Counted from the stretch's first letter, positions 26,140 to 35,088 are shown. The stretch: DNA of 43,623 bases from a virus (IMGVR_UViG_3300044477_000056:1-43623), one strand, 5' to 3'. Numbers and translations are program-made. Notes: generated by a model not told the origin, from the sequence alone.

Positions 26140-26448
26140 TCAAGCACCTCCCGGGCGTTTACGTAGCGAATTCGCTGGCATGGGTAGCGTCCCGATGATC
26201 GCGGCACCGTCAACGAGCGCCGGCACGTCTTTGCGCACATCCACCGACTCGTCATACGCTCTCAGCCATCGCCCATTATCATAATGCGGCTCTCTCTGGT
26301 ACGCAATAGGGAATCCCGCTTTCCATCCGCCGGTGTCTTTGGCGTCAATGGCGATATAGTTGTACTCGCGGGGAATGCGTGACCAGTCGTAGCAGTCGTC
26401 TTTCAGGGAGGCACGGCGAGCTCGCATAGTTTTGATGATGCTTTTCAT
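26140..26448 (-). CDS. Hypothetical protein
   Basis: ATGA-coupled to the portal gene; YDWSRIPREYNYIAID...SLRKRP. Confidence 0.7.
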   Translation of the reverse strand: MKSIIKTMRARRASLKDDCYDWSRIPREYNYIAIDAKDTGGWKAGFPIAYQREPHYDNGRWLRAYDESVDVRKDVPALVDGAAIIGTLPMPANSLRKRPGGA

Positions 26449-27788
26449 TCCGCGACCGCCCCGCCATAGTTTGCCAGAAACTCGTCAAACGTCGCCTCCG
26501 TCGCTTCGGGGTAGTTCGCCATCCAGAGATTGTAGGTCTGCTGTTTCGTGATGCCGCCCGCCTTGATGATAGCGGAAAGCCCCTGCGCGAAGTTGGAGAA
26601 GATCGTTGCCTTGACCGCTTCGGAGATGGAGGAAAGGCGGTTCCACTGCATCTTGAAGTCGCCTGACACGCCGACGCCGGCGATAGCGAGGAGCGCGAGG
26701 GAAGCGCGGAAAAGCGCGGTGTATGAATCGTTGAGCTGTGTCCGTTTCATTTCGACGTAGCGCACCATAGCCTGCCGTTGATCGTCCACCGATGCCTGGT
26801 TGCCCGCGGCCTGCAAGCCCCAGAAGATTTCAGGGATGCCAGAACCTTCCACCAGCTTCCAGTATTTGTTCTCAAGCGCCTTTTCGTAGGAATCGGTTGC
26901 GCCCTTCGCCGTTTCAAACGTGGTTTTTTCCTTGCCCGTAATGTTGACGACAAAATCAATAGACCAGGGATCCACGTCGCAGAGTGAGTCATAGCCGTTA
27001 TTCGCAAGCCATGCCTTCGGGTCTGACACTTCCTGCACCATTTTGGGCTTGAACTTTGTCAGTATCTCAGATCTTGCGTAATCAATGTCGTGATAGTCCT
27101 TGAGGTCATACAGTATGCGCTCATAGTCCGAGTGTCCTCTTGATTCGTCGGCGTCGGGCATATTGGCGAAGGGGATGGGGAGGATGCCGAGGACGTTCCG
27201 TGTCGTCTTGTCCATAAGGTCTGCGCCCAGCGTCCCCACCTGCGTCCACTTAACGCTGATGGTCTGCCGTGTAAAGACGCGCTTCCGGCGGGCGAAGGTA
27301 AACAGGTTCTCCCCTGTGACGATTTTAAATTCTTCATCGGTGTAGATTGCCTGTATCTCCTGCGTGTCGGGAGACTTTACAATGTCAACAACCGATTCGT
27401 CCGGCAAAAACTCCCACACGAGCCGCCCGCCCTTAGCGTCGTACTTTGGCCACACCCAGGCCGTGCCGTCGCGCGGAACCGTGATATGCAGCGAGGTCAT
27501 CCGCTTGGTCATGGCCGCAACAATGGCGTCAAGCGTCTCCTGCACCGCGTCATCCTCTGCTTTCGGCGTCGGCACGCCCATAAAAGCGACAGGATGCGCT
27601 ATCGGCGCGTAGGCGAGGGAGCCGGCTAGCTTCATCCCCGGATATGTGTTGCGGAAAAGCCCCCGCGTCAGGTCGATATTGCACACCATCCCGTCGGTGA
27701 GGTCGTGCATGGCGGGGCGGCGCGCGTCCTGCTTCGTCGTTTCGCGCACTTCTTCGCGCGGTCTAAACCAGCTAAACGGTCGTGTCAT
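26445..27788 (-). CDS. Portal protein (SPP1 gp6-like)
   Basis: After terL; NVLGILPIPFAN...GHSD...SGIPEIFWG motifs. Confidence 0.85.
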   Translation of the reverse strand: MTRPFSWFRPREEVRETTKQDARRPAMHDLTDGMVCNIDLTRGLFRNTYPGMKLAGSLAYAPIAHPVAFMGVPTPKAEDDAVQETLDAIVAAMTKRMTSLHITVPRDGTAWVWPKYDAKGGRLVWEFLPDESVVDIVKSPDTQEIQAIYTDEEFKIVTGENLFTFARRKRVFTRQTISVKWTQVGTLGADLMDKTTRNVLGILPIPFANMPDADESRGHSDYERILYDLKDYHDIDYARSEILTKFKPKMVQEVSDPKAWLANNGYDSLCDVDPWSIDFVVNITGKEKTTFETAKGATDSYEKALENKYWKLVEGSGIPEIFWGLQAAGNQASVDDQRQAMVRYVEMKRTQLNDSYTALFRASLALLAIAGVGVSGDFKMQWNRLSSISEAVKATIFSNFAQGLSAIIKAGGITKQQTYNLWMANYPEATEATFDEFLANYGGAVAE

Positions 27789-29266
27789 CGCAAACCCCCG
27801 CGCGTTTTTCGTCGCTCGCGCATAGCGTTTCTCGTTTGGTCGTCAAAAGCCACATTATTTTCGATATCTTCCACGATTCCGGTGAGCATATCGGGGGCAT
27901 CATCATGCGTCCATTTGCTCGACCGCCCTAGATGTGTGACAGCCGAGTGGAAAGCAGGCCACCGGATAGACCACCCATAGGGCATTATAACACAATTGCA
28001 TACATTTGTTGCATTTGACAATATTCTCGCGTTTTTATTTTCTGATTGGTGAAACCACTCAACGGTTGTATCAAAATTATGCAGATCCTCGCGTATGATC
28101 CGCTCCACGTTTCGCGCAAAGCCGCGCCCGCCGTTATTGGATTCGACGCGGGCGAGGTCGCATTTTGCATTTGTAAGCATCCGCGCGGTGTCCGGCTCAG
28201 TCTGCTCCATCGGGGCTTGTGTATATATCACATCAAGCATATACGCCATGCCGCCATATAGCCCATAGGCTCCACCCGAGAGATAGTCCTGTCCCTCGTC
28301 GGCGGTGTCGATATAGGCGCAAATCTTGGTAAATGGCGGGAGGCTGTCAGGGTCATACTCTTTAAACTGCGGGTATAGTCGATCAACTGCGTCGATAGGC
28401 TCCTGGTCATAATTTGCGCTAAAAATCATCGAATCAGTTTTTCCCCTACGGTCGCGGTACTCTTCGGCGTTTAAAATGTCAGGTGCAAGCATATCGGCGT
28501 CGGACAGCGGCAGATCGGGATATCGTTTATTAGCGCGTAGCTGGATGACGTGCCATTTGTCAGGCTCAAACGCAATGAGCCGCCCGGGGAGGTCTTTGGT
28601 ACTCCACCTGGTCGCAATGATAAGCTGCTTCGCCCCCGACTCAAGGCGAGAGAGGAAGGTGTCAGTATACCATTGCCATTGGCTCTCAAGCCGTCCCTCG
28701 TTGTATGCCTCAAGTGCGGATCGCACCAAGTCATCGATGATGCCAAGCCGCGCGCCTGTCCCGGTTAGTGTGCCGCCTGGGGAGGAGGCCAAAAAAGAAA
28801 AATGCTGTCCCTCAAGGCTCCATGTCTGATATGATGCGTCTCCGCGCTTTATCTTGGCCTCGGGGAATATGTCGGAATACAGCAGTTTTCGCGCGTCTCC
28901 ACTTGTCTCTTGCATACCGTCGCGAACGTACCTGGCAAAGCGCCCGGACAGATCCTCATTGTAGCTTGTCGCTATGACCGGGAGTGTAGGATCATGCCCG
29001 AGCGCCCATTGCACCGCGTTGACAATGGTTACCGTTTTGCCATGGCGGGGAGGGCCGTTGATAATGAGCCGGTCAATCGGCACCCCATAATCATCGAGCA
29101 ACTTGCTATCGATAAATCTCTGGATGGTATCGCACAGCTCGCGCAGGTACGCCCTCGACTCGGTATACACGGTCGGCATACGCAGGCGGGCGAAGTAGTA
29201 AAGACTATCACGCGCAAGGGCAACTTTTGCGCCCTTAACCTGGTTGACTGTGAGACCGGCGCTCAT
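27785..29266 (-). CDS. terL: Terminase large subunit
   Basis: Walker A GPPRHGKT, Walker B IIDD, TRW, nuclease motifs IDTA, ESNNGG and HDDAPD. Confidence 0.96.
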   Translation of the reverse strand: MSAGLTVNQVKGAKVALARDSLYYFARLRMPTVYTESRAYLRELCDTIQRFIDSKLLDDYGVPIDRLIINGPPRHGKTVTIVNAVQWALGHDPTLPVIATSYNEDLSGRFARYVRDGMQETSGDARKLLYSDIFPEAKIKRGDASYQTWSLEGQHFSFLASSPGGTLTGTGARLGIIDDLVRSALEAYNEGRLESQWQWYTDTFLSRLESGAKQLIIATRWSTKDLPGRLIAFEPDKWHVIQLRANKRYPDLPLSDADMLAPDILNAEEYRDRRGKTDSMIFSANYDQEPIDAVDRLYPQFKEYDPDSLPPFTKICAYIDTADEGQDYLSGGAYGLYGGMAYMLDVIYTQAPMEQTEPDTARMLTNAKCDLARVESNNGGRGFARNVERIIREDLHNFDTTVEWFHQSENKNARILSNATNVCNCVIMPYGWSIRWPAFHSAVTHLGRSSKWTHDDAPDMLTGIVEDIENNVAFDDQTRNAMRERRKTRGGLR

Positions 29267-29360
29267 TTATACATATCCATACAAATATTAATGGCATTTT
29301 TTATACCAAGGTCGTTATAAACGGCACCTATTAAATTATTATACAGATTGTATTGCATAG

Positions 29361-29945
29361 TTATGCTTTTTCAACAGCTTTTAAAAGGGCATCGCGCTCG
29401 TCCGGCGACAGTTTTGACAGATCGGCAGGGATGACGCCCCCTGAATGCTCGACCTCTTGCCTGTCGTGATAGCCGCCGTGATTGGTCAGCCAGAGTTTGA
29501 CGCCATTGGCACAGCCGGGAGTGGTCAATTCGCCCTCCCAGTATGATTCAATTTGCAGTCGCGCGCGTGTGACAATGCGGCTCATTTCTTTTTCCGCTTC
29601 GCTGGCTCCATCCTGTTTCGCCCTCGCAACGATTTTCATTGGCGATTCCCGGTCGCAAAATCCCAGGTAATGCGCAAATCCCGCCATTGTCGGGGTGACC
29701 CTACGCCATACCGCGTTGCCCTTGGCATCCCTGGCTATCGATCCATCAGGGAGCGTTGCAATCTGGTATCCTGTAGTAGCGAGATACTCGTCAATTTTCG
29801 CTTGTAATATGGTGGGATCGCTGTAAAGCGGCTTGGGACCGCGCTTATGTTTCAGCTCTTCGGGGATTCCTTTGATTTTTGGGTCGGCGCGGCGCGGCTT
29901 CTTTTCCTTTTTCTGAGGCGCTTTTTTTTCTTTTTGCGTTGCCAT
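29361..29945 (-). CDS. terS: Terminase small subunit
   Basis: LQAKIDEY...PTMAGFAHYLGF...LTNHGGYHDRQEVEHSG...DLSKLS; upstream of terL. Confidence 0.85.
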   Translation of the reverse strand: MATQKEKKAPQKKEKKPRRADPKIKGIPEELKHKRGPKPLYSDPTILQAKIDEYLATTGYQIATLPDGSIARDAKGNAVWRRVTPTMAGFAHYLGFCDRESPMKIVARAKQDGASEAEKEMSRIVTRARLQIESYWEGELTTPGCANGVKLWLTNHGGYHDRQEVEHSGGVIPADLSKLSPDERDALLKAVEKA

Positions 29946-29964
29946 GGTATCCTGCCTGGTTTTA

Positions 29965-29994
29965 AGTATGCTATCGAGAGTTATTATATGTCAA
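29965..29994 (-). promoter_or_regulatory. Candidate packaging-operon promoter
   Basis: TTGACA-N18-CATACT upstream of terS. Confidence 0.5.
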
Positions 29995-30041
29995 TACAGG
30001 GATTATTTTAAAATAAATCGTAATATTTTGTCAAAAAAGTA

Positions 30042-30072
30042 TTGACTGTTACCATAAGAGGGTGTATATTAT
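30042..30072 (+). promoter_or_regulatory. Promoter of the plus-strand island
   Basis: AT-rich upstream segment, TTGACT-N17-TATATT, then a GGAGT...ACTCC 5' hairpin. Confidence 0.7.
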
Positions 30073-30144
30073 ACTCATGGAGTTGAGAGAGACTCCCTAA
30101 GTTTTTTAGATCGCCAGCGAGAGCGAGGCGGCAAGGAGCGGAAA

Positions 30145-30399
30145 ATGGACAGCACAAAAATCAATCTAGCGATTGCGAATCATGAAGCGCTGGGATATTT
30201 GGAACTTGCTGCGGCCAAAATTCGCGCCGCGCACATTGCCACAAATGGCGGCTACGAGGATTTAGTCAACGCTGTGAATGCCGCCATCCAGAACACCATG
30301 AAAGAAAATCGCGGCCTGCGCTCCACTATGAGCGACGCCGAACTCGATCGCGTCTCCGCAATCAACGCGGAGTGCGACAAACTAACCACTTCCCTGTAG
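30145..30399 (+). CDS. Small helical hypothetical protein
   Basis: AAGGAG RBS; first gene after the promoter. Confidence 0.8.
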   Translation: MDSTKINLAIANHEALGYLELAAAKIRAAHIATNGGYEDLVNAVNAAIQNTMKENRGLRSTMSDAELDRVSAINAECDKLTTSL

Positions 30400-30494
30400 G
30401 GTTCAGGGCGGCCCATCACCGCCCGGCGGTATCCTCCCATTGCGGGAGCCATCACGAAAGCCGACAGCCTAGCGAGTCGGTAACGGGAGCTAAA

Positions 30495-31217
30495 ATGACC
30501 AAGTATGCAATTCCTCGGGACATTCAGATTGATGCCAAAAAAAAGCAAGGTTTCGCCGTGCAGGAGCTTGACGATTGTGTGATCCTCAGGAGCCCTCCGG
30601 TCGTCGGCGCTGGCGGAAAAACATTTTTCGAGGCCATGGCGTTTTCTGGCAAACGGTCAAACCGCGATTTTTACTTCAGCTTTTCATCGGTCGTAGCCCG
30701 AGAAGCGCACATTACCGAATACCTCGCAAGCCTCAAGCGCCGCGCCGCCTGGAAGGTGGAAGCCAAAAAGCAACGAACTGAGGCCGGACAGGTGGGAGCC
30801 GCGAAGGCAATCCGCATCGAGCTCAAAGCCGCTTTCCCCTCGATCAAATTCCGCGTCACGTCAGAAAGCTACTCTATGGGCGATAATGTCAATATTTCGT
30901 GGACTGACGGCCCGACTTTGGAAAGCGTGGAGAAGATCACGAAAAAATATCAATACGGCCATTTCGACGGCATGGAGGATATATACGAGGACAGCAATGT
31001 TCGTAAAGATATCCCGCAATCAAAATTTGTTTTTGTAAATCGGAACATGAGCGAAGCAACCGAAGCCGTGCTCAAGGAAAAACTTGCGAAATATTGGGGC
31101 GTGGATATGAACGACGCTCGCGCGGTTGAGTCAAGGACGTGCCGCGAAGCACACGAGCTGATCCATCGGGAATTCCATAAAACAGACCTCAGCGCCGGCG
31201 AAGTGGCAAAAATATGA
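30495..31217 (+). CDS. Large-polyvalent-protein-associated domain protein (LPD29-like)
   Basis: AAKAIRIELKAAFPSIKFRVTSESYSMGDNVNISWTDGPT...HFDGMED.Y...FVFVNR; GGGAG RBS; start revised. Confidence 0.82.
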   Translation: MTKYAIPRDIQIDAKKKQGFAVQELDDCVILRSPPVVGAGGKTFFEAMAFSGKRSNRDFYFSFSSVVAREAHITEYLASLKRRAAWKVEAKKQRTEAGQVGAAKAIRIELKAAFPSIKFRVTSESYSMGDNVNISWTDGPTLESVEKITKKYQYGHFDGMEDIYEDSNVRKDIPQSKFVFVNRNMSEATEAVLKEKLAKYWGVDMNDARAVESRTCREAHELIHREFHKTDLSAGEVAKI

Positions 31218-31786
31218 AAATGGAACTTCGCCGTGTTAGGGCTATTAGTTTATTCTGGAGCCATGTTGACAAGAAAAAACCTAATGAATGTTGGGTGTGG
31301 ACTGGGTGCCTAACTGAAAAAGGATATGGCCATGTTCGTTTTCTTGGAAAAGATTGGAAAGCTTCTCGACTTGCGTGGATGCTAACAAAAGAAGATCCTG
31401 GTGCTTTTTATGTTTGTCATCATTGTGATAATCCAGCTTGTTGTAACCCTGAGCACCTATTTTTAGGTACAGCAAAAGATAACATACAGGATATGGTTAA
31501 AAAGGGGCGACACCCAAGAAATAAAACGGGTTATTTACCTTCTGGCAACAACCATCATTCCAGGCTTCATCCTGAAGTAATGGCTAGGGGCGAGCAAAAT
31601 GGTGCCGCTGTTTTAACTGAAGCGAAGGTATTAGAAATATTAAGGCTACGAAGCGAGGGCATGAGTTTGCAATGTATGGCGCGGCGCTTTAATGTTTCAA
31701 AAGGGACTATTGTTTTTATTATTCAAAGAAAAACATGGCGGCATGTTTCTATTTCTAATGATGCTGGGCGGTTCGGGAAGTGCTGA
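31214..31786 (+). CDS. HNH homing endonuclease (HNH_3 plus C-terminal HTH)
   Basis: ECWVWTG...GYG...VCHHCDNPACCNPEHLFLGTAKDNIQDM; visibly AT-richer than its flanks. Confidence 0.93.
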   Translation: MKMELRRVRAISLFWSHVDKKKPNECWVWTGCLTEKGYGHVRFLGKDWKASRLAWMLTKEDPGAFYVCHHCDNPACCNPEHLFLGTAKDNIQDMVKKGRHPRNKTGYLPSGNNHHSRLHPEVMARGEQNGAAVLTEAKVLEILRLRSEGMSLQCMARRFNVSKGTIVFIIQRKTWRHVSISNDAGRFGKC

Positions 31787-31787
31787 A

Positions 31788-31988
31788 ATGACGCACCTCA
31801 GTGATTCCGCTATCGTAACCGCTACCATGTCGGGGTTTCCTTGCGGCGGGTGGTATCCTGTCGCTTATGGCAAAGTCTTGCGCGATTGTCCATACGGTGA
31901 GATGATGAAACGGTACCCGACACCGCAAAAAGCGATTGATGCGGGTAAAAAAATACTGCTCAAAAGAGCAAAGGGGAGGACGCTGTGA
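31788..31988 (+). CDS. Small hypothetical protein (66 aa)
   Basis: ATG 2 nt after the HNH stop; stop overlaps the next GTG. Confidence 0.6.
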   Translation: MTHLSDSAIVTATMSGFPCGGWYPVAYGKVLRDCPYGEMMKRYPTPQKAIDAGKKILLKRAKGRTL

Positions 31989-32134
31989 AGTTAAAAGAGA
32001 AGCGGACACCGGAACAGAACAGGAAGGCGCTGGAACGGTCAATCCGAAAGTTTCGCGACTTTGACGGCAAGCGGGGCGAGGCATTGCGAAAAATAGCGCC
32101 TCAGGGAAATGGCGATCGTAGGGGTACGTTATGA
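31985..32134 (+). CDS. Small basic protein (49 aa), absent from the ORF track
   Basis: GGAGGA RBS; GTGA overlap; MKLKEKRTPEQNRKALERS... Confidence 0.55.
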   Translation: MKLKEKRTPEQNRKALERSIRKFRDFDGKRGEALRKIAPQGNGDRRGTL

Positions 32135-32220
32135 ACAGTAACCAGCTTGGCGCTTTGATTTTTCTTGCGGCTTTTATTCTCGCTGGCCTTGCGGAGGTGA
32201 AACTATGGCACAAAAAATAA
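32131..32220 (+). CDS. 29-aa single-TM peptide
   Basis: AGGGG RBS; ATGA overlap; MNSNQLGALIFLAAFILAGLAEVKLWHKK. Confidence 0.5.
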   Translation: MNSNQLGALIFLAAFILAGLAEVKLWHKK

Positions 32221-32405
32221 TTGTTTCGGAAGTGGTGAAGGGATCGACGGCGCTCATGGGCGAACGGTACGAATTTTCCACGGTGGCAAAGTTGTCGCGC
32301 TGGCTTTCCAGGACGTTCCCGCTTATGACATGGCGGGAATCGTCGATAGCGAAGCTGGCCGCGAAGGCGAAGGGGCTTGGGGTCAAGATCGAAGTTATAA
32401 AATAG
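32205..32405 (+). CDS. Small hypothetical protein
   Basis: GGAGGTG RBS. Confidence 0.7.
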   Translation: MAQKIIVSEVVKGSTALMGERYEFSTVAKLSRWLSRTFPLMTWRESSIAKLAAKAKGLGVKIEVIK

Positions 32406-32453
32406 CACCTCAGCGTTTTCTGTATCGCAAGCATTTTTCAAAAGGGGCATCCA

Positions 32454-32936
32454 ATGAGCAAGAAGTCAGCAATATATCTTAATCCAATGCTATCGGCGCT
32501 TATCGAAAAATACCTTCCGCACTTTCCGGGGAAAGGCAATTCCTTCACCGTTACCGAACAGCTGGAAAGGTTTCACACTTTGCTTACCATTGAGCGCCGT
32601 TTTCTTGAAATGTATTTCACTACCGAAGAAATGGCGATCATGTTGGAAGCAACGAAAGACAGCGTATACCAAGCGGGGACGATACCTAGGGCGGTATGGT
32701 CAAATATGTTTCTATCCGGCGATGAAAAATACAAAGGCGTTGACAGAGTGCTTTTCTTGTCGAAGATCCAGGCGTTAAACCATGGCCAGCAGTTCGCGCT
32801 AGTGGACTGGCTGGAAGAACTGCGGGCGGTGAAACTTTCTAAGAAAGATTTGTATATTGTTTACGACGCTAATTTTAATGCTGATGCAGAAATTAAAAAA
32901 GATGTATTGCGAATGTTAAAAACAATACCTCAGTAG
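32454..32936 (+). CDS. Putative DNA-binding protein with a ribbon-helix-helix-like N-terminus
   Basis: KKSAIYL strand-helix-helix start; AGGGG RBS; last gene of the island. Confidence 0.55.
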   Translation: MSKKSAIYLNPMLSALIEKYLPHFPGKGNSFTVTEQLERFHTLLTIERRFLEMYFTTEEMAIMLEATKDSVYQAGTIPRAVWSNMFLSGDEKYKGVDRVLFLSKIQALNHGQQFALVDWLEELRAVKLSKKDLYIVYDANFNADAEIKKDVLRMLKTIPQ

Positions 32937-32972
32937 TTTCTGTATCGTCGGCCTCAGTGATTTTACTATCGC

Positions 32973-33002
32973 AAGCCTTGGGAGTTCCAGGGCTTTTTTA
33001 TT
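32973..33002. terminator. Terminator between converging operons
   Basis: AAGCCTTGG-GAGTT-CCAGGGCTT followed by a T-tract. Confidence 0.75.
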
Positions 33003-33043
33003 AACATTGCGTAGTAGCCAAATCATGCGCAGGAGAAGCGAAG

Positions 33044-33250
33044 TTATGCCTCGCCGTCCGTTTTCACGTCCCCAGCCTCTTGCGCCCCGCCTTGCCACAA
33101 TTTGCCCTGCTCCTGGGCAAATAGGGCGTCCCATGCGGCGCAAGCTTCTTGCCATCGCGGAACGATAGTCAGCGGTCGGTGAATATCTCGAAGCATTACC
33201 CCTGCCGATTCAAGTTCCTTCACTCTCACGGGCTCGGGATAGTCGATCAT
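33044..33250 (-). CDS. Hypothetical protein (start uncertain)
   Basis: Last ORF of the minus-strand operon. Confidence 0.5.
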   Translation of the reverse strand: MIDYPEPVRVKELESAGVMLRDIHRPLTIVPRWQEACAAWDALFAQEQGKLWQGGAQEAGDVKTDGEA

Positions 33251-33263
33251 GGGTTTCACTTCT

Positions 33264-33476
33264 TCAAGTTCCGTCACGGTCATCCTTCTTGTAACAATCA
33301 GGGCAAAGCGTAGCCCCCTCGTCATCGGAGTACGAATCTTCTCCGTCAACGATCAATTTCCCGCACTGTTCGCATTTATCCAAAACAGGCATCCCGTCAA
33401 CAGCGATAATATCGGCGGCAGTTGGAATATCCTCCAACGAATCACATTTACCACATATCATCCACTCGTATTTCAT
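33264..33476 (-). CDS. Small Zn-finger protein
   Basis: Three CxxC motifs; ATGA-coupled. Confidence 0.7.
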   Translation of the reverse strand: MKYEWMICGKCDSLEDIPTAADIIAVDGMPVLDKCEQCGKLIVDGEDSYSDDEGATLCPDCYKKDDRDGT

Positions 33477-33826
33477 CCTTCCACCACCTTTTCGCCCGAA
33501 AGCTGGGAGAGAATAGACTTTATTTCCCGAACCTCGTCACCGCAAAACGGCGTCCCCTCAAGTGTGCAGACAGCCCTGATAAGATAGGGTTTGTAAAAAG
33601 CAAGCACCCTGTTTCTTTCCTCAACCTTTTCGCGGAGAGCGATTACCTCGTCGCGAAGGTCTTTAGTTTCCGATACGGTTGGCATATCGCCAGTCCCTTC
33701 GCAAAAGTGGCATTGCTCCTGTATGGGGCAGTATCCGGGGTTGCAGTTGCCTTCCTCGTCGTGCGCGTTGTTGTCCATGGAATGCTGTGCTGTCCATCCA
33801 ACACCATTACAGGCTGGGCATTTCAT
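33473..33826 (-). CDS. Protein with a DnaJ-type Zn-finger and coiled coil
   Basis: CPACNGVG...CHFCEGTG; GGAGG RBS. Confidence 0.7.
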   Translation of the reverse strand: MKCPACNGVGWTAQHSMDNNAHDEEGNCNPGYCPIQEQCHFCEGTGDMPTVSETKDLRDEVIALREKVEERNRVLAFYKPYLIRAVCTLEGTPFCGDEVREIKSILSQLSGEKVVEG

Positions 33827-34398
33827 TTCGTGGCCTCCCATGCGTCGAGAGCTTTGTTGACGGTAATGCCTACTCCGTCATATTTGTGATGGTTCATAGC
33901 AGGTTCACTTTTCACCGCCTCAAGCAATTCCTTCAACGCCTTGCCCATCTGCTCAATCAGCGCACCCCTTTGATCAGGTTTTGTTGCGGTAAACACTGGG
34001 CTTCCGTCCATATCAGCGCATCGATGATCGTCACCATAATGTCCTTCAAGGTCATGGCCACAATAAATGCATAAAATCGGCTTTTCGGGAGGGGACTGCG
34101 TGATGGCGAGGCGAAGTTCGTCAAATGCTTCTAATCGTCTTTTCTCAAGCACGGTTTCCGAGATGCGAAATGAATAATAGGTGTGCTCCCTTAACCATCC
34201 CACCACCCTCTCCGCACACTCAGCGCGGGCCTTCGCGGCAATGGAGGCGCGGTCGGACTCAATCATCTGCGTGATCTGGTCGAAAGCTGTCCATTCTTCG
34301 CCGTTGCGGATTGTTACTGTTCGCGTTATGTCGATATACGCGTGAGCGAGTTCCTTTGCATCCGGTATTCTTGTAAATTCAATGCTTTCCATGCTCAT
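33823..34398 (-). CDS. Hypothetical protein
   Basis: Coupled ORF; CxxCGH motif. Confidence 0.7.
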   Translation of the reverse strand: MSMESIEFTRIPDAKELAHAYIDITRTVTIRNGEEWTAFDQITQMIESDRASIAAKARAECAERVVGWLREHTYYSFRISETVLEKRRLEAFDELRLAITQSPPEKPILCIYCGHDLEGHYGDDHRCADMDGSPVFTATKPDQRGALIEQMGKALKELLEAVKSEPAMNHHKYDGVGITVNKALDAWEATK

Positions 34399-34607
34399 TC
34401 TCCCTTGATGACACAGGTCGCCGTCATCATCGCGCTGTCAGCGTTTGCAAAAACATTTCCGCAAGATTTACAGGTATATTGCACTTGTCCATGTCCACGC
34501 TTCGCTGTTGCGTTGCTAAGTTTTGCCGTCCAGCGATCTTCTGCGACAAGTATAAACTCAACCGAAGCTTTCCCGCACTTACAAACCTCTATGTCTTCCA
34601 TGCTCAT
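34395..34607 (-). CDS. Small Zn-ribbon protein
   Basis: CKCG...CKSCG; start revised to the ATGA overlap. Confidence 0.65.
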   Translation of the reverse strand: MSMEDIEVCKCGKASVEFILVAEDRWTAKLSNATAKRGHGQVQYTCKSCGNVFANADSAMMTATCVIKGE

Positions 34608-34870
34608 CCCTTCACTTTGTAGCCGTGCTTGGCGGCAATGTCGCTGATAAATGGGCATACAGCCCCTTGCTCAAACGATCTACCAGCATCATAAATCTCA
34701 TCCAGCATCGCCCTCGGCACCCGCTTGGCAAAGGCGGCGAGCAGGGCGGCGGCTTGTTCTTTTGGCAAAAGATATTTGACAAAACTTGCCTGATCAACCG
34801 TTGCATAGCGCACCTTCTCAACCAGCTCCACCGCATCCTCCGGCACTTCGATGAGGATGTATGCTTTCAT
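34604..34870 (-). CDS. Hypothetical protein
   Basis: GGAGG RBS before MKAYILIEV. Confidence 0.65.
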   Translation of the reverse strand: MKAYILIEVPEDAVELVEKVRYATVDQASFVKYLLPKEQAAALLAAFAKRVPRAMLDEIYDAGRSFEQGAVCPFISDIAAKHGYKVKG

Positions 34871-35088
34871 TCGGTGGCCTCCGCGATAATGGCGTCGATC
34901 TGCGCGACACTGTTTTTGTCCCATTCCTGTGTGCTGTCGCGCATGGTTTCGGCATACGCTTCCAACCATGGCAACGTTTTCTTGATCCATGCGTCTTTTC
35001 CCGCGATAACCATTTCTGCTTCCTTGAGCTGGTCAGCGAGCGTTGTACCGCCTTTCCACCCCATCGCCCTAATCGCTTGCTTGATCAT
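34867..35088 (-). CDS. Hypothetical protein
   Basis: AGGAGG RBS before MIKQAIRAMG. Confidence 0.65.
   Translation of the reverse strand: MIKQAIRAMGWKGGTTLADQLKEAEMVIAGKDAWIKKTLPWLEAYAETMRDSTQEWDKNSVAQIDAIIAEATE

Larger units (their letters stand above)
31187..32971 (+). repeat. Dispersed direct repeat CCTCAG-N9-(T/G)ATCG
   Basis: Copies at 31796, 32099, 32408, 32928 and 32952; left-half copy at 31187. Confidence 0.8.
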
